A stretch of 64,000 nt of DNA, taken from assembly GCA_963713825.1 (NCBI GenBank), contig CAVQNG010000025.1:768001-832000 (forward strand). Direction: 5' to 3'. The position numbers and the translations under genes are program-made. How positions within the stretch are numbered: position 1 is the stretch's first letter; each line of letters begins with the position of its first letter. Positions 10,696 to 19,341 of this stretch are shown here, one piece after another. The notes beneath the pieces were generated by a model. That model was not told the origin of the DNA, did no database searches, and worked only from the letters and a program-made list of their open reading frames with translations. Origin of the DNA: an uncultured Acidobacteriota bacterium. GTDB taxonomy: Bacteria > Acidobacteriota > Thermoanaerobaculia > Multivoradales > JAHEKO01.

Positions 10696-10839
10696 TATAC
10701 TCGTTTCTATCGAGTCGATGTAGTTTGGTGGGTAATGCCTCGTGGCGATTTCGAGGGTTTCTAACCAGATGTTCCGTGGCAGGTCGATGCGGCCGAGTCG
10801 GCGGGAGATTTCTAAAAACCTAACAGAAAGGAGACAGGA
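10696..10839 (+). promoter_or_regulatory. Putative promoter and conserved leader, copy 2
   Basis: TATACT at 10696, CCTCG-N9-CGAGG at 10738-10756, TGGCA-GGTCG-ATG-CGGCC at 10777, AGAAAGGAG RBS. Confidence 0.55.
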
Positions 10840-12402
10840 ATGAGGACAAAAGTAACTTGTGGATTGTTCATGCTTGTGTTGGCGACCCTGCCGGTCCTGG
10901 CGCAACCTGTGGCGACGGAAAGCGTGTCGGCAGCCGGCCTTTCGATCGCGACCGGAGTTGCCTACGAGGAGGCAACGCTGCGAGTGACAGGCCCAAATGG
11001 CTATAGCCTCAATCAGAGATTCGAGGGTGGTAGCCCAATCATGGTAGATCTGCTTGCCGAAGGTAGTTTCGGTAGGCCTGGAATGTCTGCGCTCAAGCGC
11101 AATGAGGTAGAGATTGGCCGAGGATTGACCGACGGTCTGTACAGGTTCGAAACGATCTTCTTGGCCGGCGGCAAGAAAGTCGACGTCCATTCGGGGACCT
11201 TCTTCGTCGAAAGTGGACTGGCGATCAGTCGAGATGCCAAACGGGCAGATCTGGGCGAGGTGCGTGACGATCTACTCCTCGACGCCGAACATCTGGCGGA
11301 CAGTCAGACAGTGGCAGACAACGTCGATGGTCTGTCTTACACGGAATCATACGCCGCACAAGATCACATCGATATTTTTGATGGCGCCAACGACGGGCTG
11401 ACGTTTCTGTCTCTCGATTCGGACACGAGCGGTGGAAGCCTGATCAACTACATGTTCACGTATAACGACAGCGGTGTTTTTAAGATCGGAACCAGTACCA
11501 ACAGCTCCCGGCCCGTTCCTGATGTGAACTTGGTCAACATCGATTCAACCGCAAAAGTCGGAATAGGTACCACGACGCCAGAAGCATTCTCCCGAATGCA
11601 CATCCGTGGCGCGACATCGGGTCTCATGGTGCTCGAAGAGGGCGATACTGGTCTTGAGACATGGGTAGGACCCTTCGATGACAAGTTCTTGATTGATGGT
11701 ATAGGTGGTGGGATCGAGGTTGGCATCTTGAATAGCAACGGGAATTTTGGGATTGGCACCTTCACTCCCGAAGCCAAGCTTCATATTGAGGACAACGAGC
11801 CTCAGATTCTGGTGAATTCGACCGGAGCGACCACAGGCCGCACCCTCGCCTACCTGAAGAACAACGGTGATGTGAGGTTCTTCTGGGAGAACACCAACTC
11901 CGGAGACATCTGGCAGATGTCGATGCTCTCTACGGTCCTACAGATGTCGTCACCCACCGGGGTGGGAAAATTCAGGGTGCGGAAGAGCGGCGGCCTGCAG
12001 GCGTTGAATGGCTCGACGGAGATCATGGCCCTCAACTCGACAGGTGACCTGACGGTCAAATCGGTGACCCAGACCTCGAGTCGCGAGCAGAAGCTGGGAT
12101 TCGAGTCGGTCGATGGGATCTCGGTCTTGGACAAGGTGGCCGGACTCCCGATCTCGGAGTGGAGCTACAAGGCCGACAATCCGTCGGTTCGCCACCTCGG
12201 TCCGATGTCGGAGGACTTCCACGCGGCATTCGGCCTCGGCAAGACCGACAAGGGTCTGACGTCAGTCGACACTGCCGGCGTGGCGCTGGCGGCCATCCAG
12301 GGCCTGAACCAGAAGCTGGAAGAGAAGGACGCCAGGATCGGCGAGCTGGAGCAGCGACTGCTCGAGCTCGAAGAGCTGGTGCAGGCGTTGGCCGAGCACT
12401 AG
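10840..12402 (+). CDS. Secreted fibre-like protein 2 with Peptidase_S74 chaperone
   Basis: Signal peptide (VLA-QP), N-domain homologous to paralogues 1 and 3, KVGIGTTTP and GNFGIGTFTP repeats, TSSREQK, HLGPMSEDF, coiled coil. Confidence 0.85.
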   Translation: MRTKVTCGLFMLVLATLPVLAQPVATESVSAAGLSIATGVAYEEATLRVTGPNGYSLNQRFEGGSPIMVDLLAEGSFGRPGMSALKRNEVEIGRGLTDGLYRFETIFLAGGKKVDVHSGTFFVESGLAISRDAKRADLGEVRDDLLLDAEHLADSQTVADNVDGLSYTESYAAQDHIDIFDGANDGLTFLSLDSDTSGGSLINYMFTYNDSGVFKIGTSTNSSRPVPDVNLVNIDSTAKVGIGTTTPEAFSRMHIRGATSGLMVLEEGDTGLETWVGPFDDKFLIDGIGGGIEVGILNSNGNFGIGTFTPEAKLHIEDNEPQILVNSTGATTGRTLAYLKNNGDVRFFWENTNSGDIWQMSMLSTVLQMSSPTGVGKFRVRKSGGLQALNGSTEIMALNSTGDLTVKSVTQTSSREQKLGFESVDGISVLDKVAGLPISEWSYKADNPSVRHLGPMSEDFHAAFGLGKTDKGLTSVDTAGVALAAIQGLNQKLEEKDARIGELEQRLLELEELVQALAEH

Positions 12403-12499
12403 AGGATAGCGCAGCGTGAGGTTGGCATAGCCGCCGCAAATCTCACGCCGCATAGCTTTCTTGGGCGCGTTTCCGGGCTGACCGGAGACGCGCCTTTTT
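12403..12499 (+). repeat. 3' trailer, copy 2, ending in an intrinsic terminator
   Basis: Stem GGCGCGTTTCCGG/CCGGAGACGCGCC (12464-12494) plus TTTTT; an upstream hairpin GCGTGAG...CTCACGC at 12414-12448. Confidence 0.85.
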
Positions 12500-12548
12500 C
12501 TCTCTGGTCCCTTGGTCGAATCATCGGCGACTTGCTCGCCGCGTCCGT

Positions 12549-12697
12549 TATACTGAATTTGTTCGAGTCAGCTGTGCATTCGGGGGGAATGCCTCGTGCC
12601 AAACTCGAGATCTCATCTCAGACGAGAGGCCCTTGGCAGGCCGATATGGCCGTGTCCATGGGACAAGTCTAGGAACCCCTACGAAAAGGAGGAGGCG
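12549..12697 (+). promoter_or_regulatory. Putative promoter and conserved leader, copy 3
   Basis: TATACT at 12549, CCTCG-N9-CGAGA at 12592-12610, TGGCA-GGCCG-ATA-TGGCC at 12634, AAAAGGAGGAGG RBS. Confidence 0.55.
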
Positions 12698-14431
12698 ATG
12701 ACGGCGAGAGCGATAGTCGGATTGGCGTTGATGAGCCTGGTGGCGGTGGCATCCGTGGCCGCACCGGGGCCGCAGGCTCGAGTGGTAGCCATCGAGAACT
12801 TGTCGGCAACGGGCCTTACGATCACTCCACAGATCGCTTACGAGCGGGCGACCCTGCGCATTCAGGGCCCGCATGGCTACGTGGGTCGGCAGAGGTTCGA
12901 GGTGGGGGAGCCCATCCAGATCGACCTGGCCTCCTTTGGCAGGAGATCGGCCGGACTCCGGCACCAGAGACCAGGCCTGCAGGACGAACCGGCGAATCGG
13001 GTTGCGATGCCCGACGGCCGCTACAAGCTCGAGGTCGTCTTTGTGGCTCGCGACAAGAAGGCGGGTGTCCACAACGGGATGTTCTTTGTAGAACAGGGCC
13101 TGGCAGTCAGTCGGGACGTCAAACGGGCTCAGCTGGCTACCCTGCGAGGCGACCTGGCCAAGACTCGTCAACAGATCGCAGCAGGCAATCGGGGTGGAGC
13201 ACCGATGTCCGTCGAGCGCCCCGGCCGTCGACTCTCCGGCGAGGGGACCGGTGGGCCGATATCGTTCGAGGCTCCAATACCCGAGGGCGCCGGCTTTGCC
13301 GACTACCTATCGGTATACCCGGTCTTGCGCCCCAACTACACCTGGTCGGCCCTGGGCAATCAACCAGGGCCTTACTCTTCGGCGGCTTGGTCGATGATCC
13401 ACTCCTACGGCTACCTGGGCTTTTATTACGGTGGGTATCCCTATCCCCTGGACCACATTGCCGGCTATCCGTACCCACAGGTCAGCTTCACTCCCGCCTA
13501 TGGCTACTACGGAACCAGGGTCGGAATCGGCACGACCACGCCGGTGGAGACGCTGGACATCAATGGTGCCTACGCATACTGGGGACAGTTCGGTATCACC
13601 GGATATGGCGGCTACCGAAGCTACGTGGGTGTCGGGGGCCTCGGTCTGTGGCTGTACGACGACGACTATGAGCCGATCGTCAACTTCAATCACGGGGCGG
13701 ATCCGGGGACCTTGGTGGTGGATGCCGAGGGTGTGGGCGTCGGCGACTTCTCCTACGGCGTTCCCTTGCAGGATCTTCACGTCAAGGCGGACGAACCGCA
13801 GCTGCTCGTGGAGTCCACCGCCGGGACGACTACTGGCCGCACTCTGGCCTATATGAAAAATCCTGGCGATGTTCGGATGTTCTGGGAGAACTCGGATTCC
13901 GGGGACGTCTGGCAAATGTCGCTTTTGGCGACGGTACTCCAGATGTCGACCCCGTCTGGAGATGGCAAGTTTCGCGTTCGCAAGAATGGGGGCTTGCAGG
14001 CGTTGAACGGCTCGACCACCATCCTGGACCTCAACGCTACGGGCGATCTGACGGTCAAGTCGGTGACGGAGACTTCCAGCCGCGACGCCAAGCGGGGGTT
14101 CGAGACCGTGAATGGGCTGTCGGTTCTCGAGAAAGTGGCCGCCCTGCCCATTAGCGAGTGGAGTTATCGTGCCGACAGCCCTTCCGTGCGCCATCTCGGT
14201 CCCATGGCCGAGGACTTTCATGCCGCGTTCGGTTTGGGCAAAACGAACAAGGGACTGACGTCAGTGGACACTTCAGGTGTGGCCCTGGCGGCGATTCAAG
14301 GCCTGAACGAGAAGCTGGTTGAAAAGGACGCCCGGATCGCCGAGCTCGAATCCCGGCTGCAGGGGGTCGAGGAGATGGAACTCCGACTGCTAGAGCTCGA
14401 GCAGATCGTCGAGACTCTGGTGGAGCATTGA
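12698..14431 (+). CDS. Secreted fibre-like protein 3 with Peptidase_S74 chaperone
   Basis: ATG 12698 follows an AGGAGG RBS; signal peptide MTARAIVGLALMSLVAVASVAA; RVGIGTTTP; TSSRDAK; HLGPMAEDF; coiled coil. Confidence 0.85.
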   Translation: MTARAIVGLALMSLVAVASVAAPGPQARVVAIENLSATGLTITPQIAYERATLRIQGPHGYVGRQRFEVGEPIQIDLASFGRRSAGLRHQRPGLQDEPANRVAMPDGRYKLEVVFVARDKKAGVHNGMFFVEQGLAVSRDVKRAQLATLRGDLAKTRQQIAAGNRGGAPMSVERPGRRLSGEGTGGPISFEAPIPEGAGFADYLSVYPVLRPNYTWSALGNQPGPYSSAAWSMIHSYGYLGFYYGGYPYPLDHIAGYPYPQVSFTPAYGYYGTRVGIGTTTPVETLDINGAYAYWGQFGITGYGGYRSYVGVGGLGLWLYDDDYEPIVNFNHGADPGTLVVDAEGVGVGDFSYGVPLQDLHVKADEPQLLVESTAGTTTGRTLAYMKNPGDVRMFWENSDSGDVWQMSLLATVLQMSTPSGDGKFRVRKNGGLQALNGSTTILDLNATGDLTVKSVTETSSRDAKRGFETVNGLSVLEKVAALPISEWSYRADSPSVRHLGPMAEDFHAAFGLGKTNKGLTSVDTSGVALAAIQGLNEKLVEKDARIAELESRLQGVEEMELRLLELEQIVETLVEH

Positions 14432-14610
14432 CGGTACCGGGGTGCAGGGACCGTGACGACATCCCTGGAGATGGCTGATCATGCCTACAATGTGGCCGTG
14501 GATGACAGCACAACTGGACTCGGCGTGGCGGAGTTTGGCGTAAAATGACACTGTCTACGTATAGATAGTCAGTGGAACCGAGACAAATGCAGTTTCTGTT
14601 ATAAGATAGC

Positions 14611-14639
14611 TTGACAAACCCGGAAAGGCTTTGTAGGTT
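14611..14639 (+). promoter_or_regulatory. Sigma70-type promoter
   Basis: TTGACA (14611-14616), 17-bp spacer, TAGGTT (14634-14639), preceded by an AT-rich stretch. Confidence 0.65.
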
Positions 14640-14691
14640 GAGTTGAGCAGAGGTACATCCGGAAAAGGTGACGTCGAAACGGAGGATTGCC

Positions 14692-15348
14692 ATGACCAAG
14701 ATCAAGTACACAGTTTTGCTTGCAGCCCTAGTTGTTCTTTTGCCCGCAATGGCCAGCGCCAATGCCCTTGATGTCAACGCCAACGCGGCGCTGACGGGCT
14801 CGGTCGGGACCGCCTGTGGTGGCAGTCCTTGTGGCCTCGAGGTCCAGATTACGGACCAGGACCAGGCCTACGTCGCTTCGACCCATCCGGATGCGGAATC
14901 TCACGTCGTTATTACCTTCCGAGTCGACCCCAACGACATCGTGTTGCCCGACTATGGGCCGGACGACAAGCCTGGACGGATTCGTGTCCTCAAGGCCTTC
15001 AACGATGCGGCATCCTCTCGCCAGCATATGTTCGTCACCGTAAAGAGGGGTGCATCGGCCTACAGGTTGGCGGTGCTGCAGCGGAACAACAACGGGGACT
15101 TCGCGTTCATCGGAGAGTTCTTCCTGGGAAACAAGGACAGCGAGATCAAGATCGATTGGACAGCGGGGAACCCTGGTACTGTCGTGGTCTACCGAGATGG
15201 CACTGAGTTTGCCAGGAGAGAGACCCTCAACTTCGCGAACCACAACATCGACGAGGTCCGCCTGGGTGCTCCTGGTGGCGATCCTGATGCCATCACTGCT
15301 GGAGTCTCGGGAAGCGTCTACCTGGACGAGTACGTTTCGACCCGTTAA
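14692..15348 (+). CDS. Secreted single-domain beta-rich protein of unknown function
   Basis: GGAGG RBS, signal peptide ending ASA-NA, alternating hydrophobic beta-strand pattern, C-terminal IDEVRLGA...YLDEYVSTR; has its own promoter and terminator. Confidence 0.8.
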   Translation: MTKIKYTVLLAALVVLLPAMASANALDVNANAALTGSVGTACGGSPCGLEVQITDQDQAYVASTHPDAESHVVITFRVDPNDIVLPDYGPDDKPGRIRVLKAFNDAASSRQHMFVTVKRGASAYRLAVLQRNNNGDFAFIGEFFLGNKDSEIKIDWTAGNPGTVVVYRDGTEFARRETLNFANHNIDEVRLGAPGGDPDAITAGVSGSVYLDEYVSTR

Positions 15349-15374
15349 GCCTGTCTACCTGTCCGATTATGTCG

Positions 15375-15410
15375 AAGGCCCTCTGTGGTTACACAGGGGG
15401 TCTTTTCTTT
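15375..15410 (+). terminator. Intrinsic terminator
   Basis: AAGGCCCTCTGTG-GTTA-CACAGGGGGTCTT stem followed by TTCTTT. Confidence 0.8.
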
Positions 15411-15511
15411 GCCCGGCGATCGTTGCCGAGTGCTTGCCGAAGCCAAAAAGCTCTGGCACAATCGACGCGTTCTGAGGCTACCCTCCCCTGCCTCGGTGCA
15501 GGGACAAGATC

Positions 15512-16813
15512 GTGAAAAAAGCTACGAGTGCTCTTCTCCTGACCGTGCTCACGCTGGCTCTGCTGGAAGTCGGTTCGTGGGTCTACCTGTCCGTTTTCGA
15601 GGATCTGACCTACGCTGATCTCGCGGCAGAGAAGAACAGACAAGTCAATATCGTCATGGCGGGGAAGAACCCCGGCGACGTGAGGTTCTGGAACAACCAG
15701 AAATTTCAGCTGCATCCCTATTTCGGATATACGCTCGAGCCCTGGAGCGCTGACGGCGTCAACAACGCTGGACTGATCTCCGAGAAGACCTACCCTTACG
15801 TGTCGGACGGAAGCTCCCTTGCAGTGGGTGTCTTCGGTGGTTCGGTGGCAGGGAACATCTTCTTCCATATCGACAAGGTGCGTCGGCAGCAGCTGGAGAA
15901 GCTCCTGCTTCCCCTTGTCGCCGAGAAGGGATATACGAGCGTTGAATTCCTGAACTTCACGCTGGGAGGCTACAAGCAGCCCATCGATCTGTTCAACTTC
16001 ATCTACTACCTCGAAACGATCGACGTCGCCATATTCATCGGCGGGTTCAACGAGGTCCATCAATTCAGCACCAACGTGGAGGACCATGAGTTTCCAGCCG
16101 ACTTCCCGAAGTGGAAGTACTGGAGAACGCTAGGGGAGGGAACCTTCAGCCCAGCCGAGCTCAGGCTCATCGGCCGACTGGCGAGAAATCGCGATTGGCA
16201 GAACGCTGTGACCGGCTTTGCGTCGGCACCCGTGTTGAATCGCAGCATGTTCGTGCACATGCTCTGGAGAGCGGCAACGGCTGTCCTGATGAAATCGGTG
16301 AATGAGAGCAGGGCGGAGTTGGATGAAGAGGAGGGCAACGAGCGTGTCTATCCTCAGGTCGCCGACAGCGGTGACTTGGAAGATATCGCTGGTGTCTTTC
16401 TCGACAAACTCGGCAGTTATATCAGAAGCGCTGACGCGGTCGGGCGGGCTGGTCAGGTGCTGACTTTGTTCGTCATTCAGCCCAATCAGTACGTTCCGAG
16501 CTCGAAGCCGCTCAGCGACGTCGAGAAACGTGACTTCTTGACCAGCGAGAACCTGCCCCAGGTCATCTCTGAATGGTACCCGCGAATCCGCGAACTGTAT
16601 GGCGAGCTCGGTGCAGAGGGCATCTTTACCGTCGATTTGACTGAGGTGTTCTCCGATACGCAAGAGACCACCTACGCGGACGAGTGCTGCCATCTCAATG
16701 CTCTGGGTCGCAGAATCGTAACCGACAAGATTTTCGAGTCCATGATTTCCAGGGAAGGGTTTCTGGACACTCTGCCGAGGACGGATCAGCGGCAAAGGAA
16801 CGAGCTGCGATGA
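15512..16813 (+). CDS. Membrane-anchored SGNH/GDSL-like protein, possible glycan O-acyl modifier
   Basis: N-terminal TM helix, VGVFGGSVA (block I-like), GGFNE and YADECCHLNALG (D-x-x-x-H, block V-like). Confidence 0.6.
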   Translation: MKKATSALLLTVLTLALLEVGSWVYLSVFEDLTYADLAAEKNRQVNIVMAGKNPGDVRFWNNQKFQLHPYFGYTLEPWSADGVNNAGLISEKTYPYVSDGSSLAVGVFGGSVAGNIFFHIDKVRRQQLEKLLLPLVAEKGYTSVEFLNFTLGGYKQPIDLFNFIYYLETIDVAIFIGGFNEVHQFSTNVEDHEFPADFPKWKYWRTLGEGTFSPAELRLIGRLARNRDWQNAVTGFASAPVLNRSMFVHMLWRAATAVLMKSVNESRAELDEEEGNERVYPQVADSGDLEDIAGVFLDKLGSYIRSADAVGRAGQVLTLFVIQPNQYVPSSKPLSDVEKRDFLTSENLPQVISEWYPRIRELYGELGAEGIFTVDLTEVFSDTQETTYADECCHLNALGRRIVTDKIFESMISREGFLDTLPRTDQRQRNELR

Positions 16814-18216
16814 GGACATCCCGTTGGCGGGTAGCGTTGCTTCTTCCGATGGCAGGTCTGGCGCTCGGATGCTCGGGAAGTCCAGAAGGGGTCGTGGTCG
16901 AGAGTTCCTGCGATGGATGCAACGTCCTCCTGATCTCCATCGACACCCTGCGAGCGGATCATCTGGGCACCTATGGGTACGGCAGGGAGACCTCACCCGC
17001 CATCGATGCGCTGGCGTCCGAGTCGGTGGTCTTCGAGAGGGCCTACAGCACCTCCTACCACACCGCCGATTCCCACATGTCCATCTTCACCTCGCTCTAC
17101 CCGTCGGTGCATGGAGTGCGAAACAGCAAGGGTAAGACAGGGCAGGTGCTCTCGGCTTCTGTCCCGACGCTGCCCGAGATTTTCCAGGCCAATGGGTACG
17201 CCACTGCGGGGTTCCACGGCGGCGGCAATGTCTCTGGCTTCTACGGATTTGCCAGGGGCTTCGAGAAGTACAAGCGAACAGATGAGGTCGGTGACGCCAT
17301 TGCCTGGATCCAGGAGACGGGTCCCAGACCTTTCTTCGCGTTCGTCCACACCTATCACGTTCACGATCCCTACACTCCGCTGCCACCGTATGACTCCTGG
17401 TTTGCTGAAGACTATGACGGCCCCATCTCCGCCGATCGAGAGTCGCTGCTGGCGCAAACGGACGACGAGAGCTTCAACGAGCTGCGGGATGTCTTCTGGA
17501 ATCAGATCGATCCGTCGAGCCAAGCAGACATCGAGCACCTGAAAGCCCTCTACGACGGCCAGATTCGAGACATCGACGGCCGCATCGGGGCGTTGATCGA
17601 GGCCGCGTTGGCGGCCGATGAGAGAACGGTCGTCGTGTTGCTCTCGGACCACGGTGAGGAGTTTCAGGAGCACGGCAAGTTTCTTCACGACCAGCTCTAT
17701 GAGGAGTTGCTGTGGGTACCGCTCATTCTCCGTTTGCCTTCCGGTGAACGGAGTCGGGTCGAGGAGCGGGTCAGCCTCATCGACATCGCCCCGACATTGT
17801 TGGACCTGCTGGGCCTCGAAGCTCCGGCCCAATTCCAGGGCGCCAGCCTCCTCCCAGTCCTGGCGGGTAAGGAGGACCGACCCCTGATCTACGGCGAGAA
17901 GGTTGTGCGAGCTCCGGGGATCGACGATGAAGCAGAAGACGGTGAACCGGGGATTCGGGCGGCCCTGATCTCCGACGACTGGAAGGTCATCACTGCCAGG
18001 TCCCAGGAGTTGTACTATCTACCCGACGATCGGCTGGAGCAGAGCAACCTGGCTGCGAAGAGTCCGAAGATGAGAGGCCTTCTCAAGCTGCTGGCGGATG
18101 TAAACCGACGCAACGCCGCGCTCCGCAAAGAGCTTGGTACCGGTCGAGGAGAACGACAAGGGCTGGACGAGGAGACCCTCGAAGAGCTCGAGGCTTTGGG
18201 CTATCTGGGGAACTAG
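16810..18216 (+). CDS. Sulfatase-like hydrolase/transferase, probable lipoprotein
   Basis: ATGA overlap with the upstream stop; ALGC lipobox; SIDTLRAD, YHTADSH, SDHGEEFQEHG, LEALGYL. Confidence 0.85.
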   Translation: MRTSRWRVALLLPMAGLALGCSGSPEGVVVESSCDGCNVLLISIDTLRADHLGTYGYGRETSPAIDALASESVVFERAYSTSYHTADSHMSIFTSLYPSVHGVRNSKGKTGQVLSASVPTLPEIFQANGYATAGFHGGGNVSGFYGFARGFEKYKRTDEVGDAIAWIQETGPRPFFAFVHTYHVHDPYTPLPPYDSWFAEDYDGPISADRESLLAQTDDESFNELRDVFWNQIDPSSQADIEHLKALYDGQIRDIDGRIGALIEAALAADERTVVVLLSDHGEEFQEHGKFLHDQLYEELLWVPLILRLPSGERSRVEERVSLIDIAPTLLDLLGLEAPAQFQGASLLPVLAGKEDRPLIYGEKVVRAPGIDDEAEDGEPGIRAALISDDWKVITARSQELYYLPDDRLEQSNLAAKSPKMRGLLKLLADVNRRNAALRKELGTGRGERQGLDEETLEELEALGYLGN

Positions 18217-18228
18217 CCACGAGCCGGC

Positions 18229-19341
18229 CTAGGGGGATTTCGCCGCCAGTTGCCTGAATAGCGCCGCGTACTGTTCGGTGACAGCTTGCCAGCTGTAGCG
18301 AGCTGACGCCAGGGCCGCGGCGCGACGGGCGGGGTCCTCCCTGAGATCCGGGTCGCCAGTCAGAGCCTGCAACTGTGCGGTGAGAGTCGATGGCCGCCGG
18401 GCATCGAAATAGAGGCCGGTTTCGGCAGCCACCTCCCGATTCTCGGGCGTGTCGTTGACCACGACGCAGTTGCCATAACCCATCGCCTCGACAAGGGCCG
18501 GATGGGTGCCTCCGACCTCGGTGGCATGGATGTAGGCCAGCGAGTGGGAAAGCAACTCCTGATAGCCCTGTCCATAGATTGGTCCCGGGAACAGGACTCT
18601 GGGGTCAGCGCCCTCCGTAAAGCCTCGAACGAACCGATCTGCGTAGGGGGCCCCTCCCACCATCACGAGGGGCAGGTCGCCATCCACAGCCCGGTAGGCC
18701 TCTGCCACGCGGTGGGGATTGTTCTCGGGCTCGAACCGGCTGACGTACAGGAAGAACCGCCGTGACTCGAGGCCAAGTCGCTGCATCGTCTCGCCCGGCT
18801 GCAGGGGCTGCGGATCCACTCCGTATTTCAGCACCGTCGAGTCGGCCTTGCGGTTCTCGAGGTAGTACTCGCGAATCACTTCCGCATCGGTGATCAGGGT
18901 GGTGGGGACCAGGACCGCCAGTCGCTCGGATAGCGAGTACGCCAGCCGTCCCAGAGGGCCCCACTTGGCTCGTTGTCGCTCGATTCCATCGACATGCAGA
19001 GCCACCGGAGTGCCGCCAACTCTCAGCAGGGGAACGAAGATGGCGTTGACCGAGTTGACGACCAGCGCGGCGTCGAAATCTTGGCGTGCAGCATGTAGGC
19101 AGGCGAGCAGTGTGTGGATCGGAGTATCCAGGTACTTGGTTCGCACGGTCGGTAGGACGGTGAGCTTCACTCCTCGGTAGCAGCCCATGTCGCGAGGTGT
19201 GTAGTGACTGCGGCAGTAGACCGTTACATCGAGGCCCGAACGAGCGAGCCGAGTAGAGAGCTCCTCCATGAGGGTCTCGTAACCACCATAGCGGGCCGGA
19301 ATCCCGCGGCTGCCGATCAGGGCTACCTTCAAGGGGCTCAA
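18229..19341 (-). CDS. Glycosyltransferase family 4 (DUF1972-type N-terminus)
   Basis: IGSRGIPARYGGYET, VSRFEPENN and EVGGTHPALVEAM; TTG start overlapping the upstream TGA is inferred. Confidence 0.88.
   Translation of the reverse strand: MSPLKVALIGSRGIPARYGGYETLMEELSTRLARSGLDVTVYCRSHYTPRDMGCYRGVKLTVLPTVRTKYLDTPIHTLLACLHAARQDFDAALVVNSVNAIFVPLLRVGGTPVALHVDGIERQRAKWGPLGRLAYSLSERLAVLVPTTLITDAEVIREYYLENRKADSTVLKYGVDPQPLQPGETMQRLGLESRRFFLYVSRFEPENNPHRVAEAYRAVDGDLPLVMVGGAPYADRFVRGFTEGADPRVLFPGPIYGQGYQELLSHSLAYIHATEVGGTHPALVEAMGYGNCVVVNDTPENREVAAETGLYFDARRPSTLTAQLQALTGDPDLREDPARRAAALASARYSWQAVTEQYAALFRQLAAKSP

Noticed and set aside
10536-12499. Integron attC sites after the fibre genes
   Set aside because: No RYYYAAC/GTTRRRY core pair in the expected layout, no integrase, and the similarity runs continuously from the coding sequence.
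9447-13680. Diversity-generating retroelement acting on the fibre variable regions
   Set aside because: No reverse transcriptase in the window and no template/variable repeat pair differing only at adenines that I could see.
8862-14431. Prophage or tailocin remnant
   Set aside because: No other phage genes; the ORFs are intact, have signal peptides and have individual promoter-like leaders.
14551-14568. Imperfect palindrome CTGTCTA-CGTA-TAGATAG as an operator
   Set aside because: Single occurrence with no cognate regulator; too weak to call.
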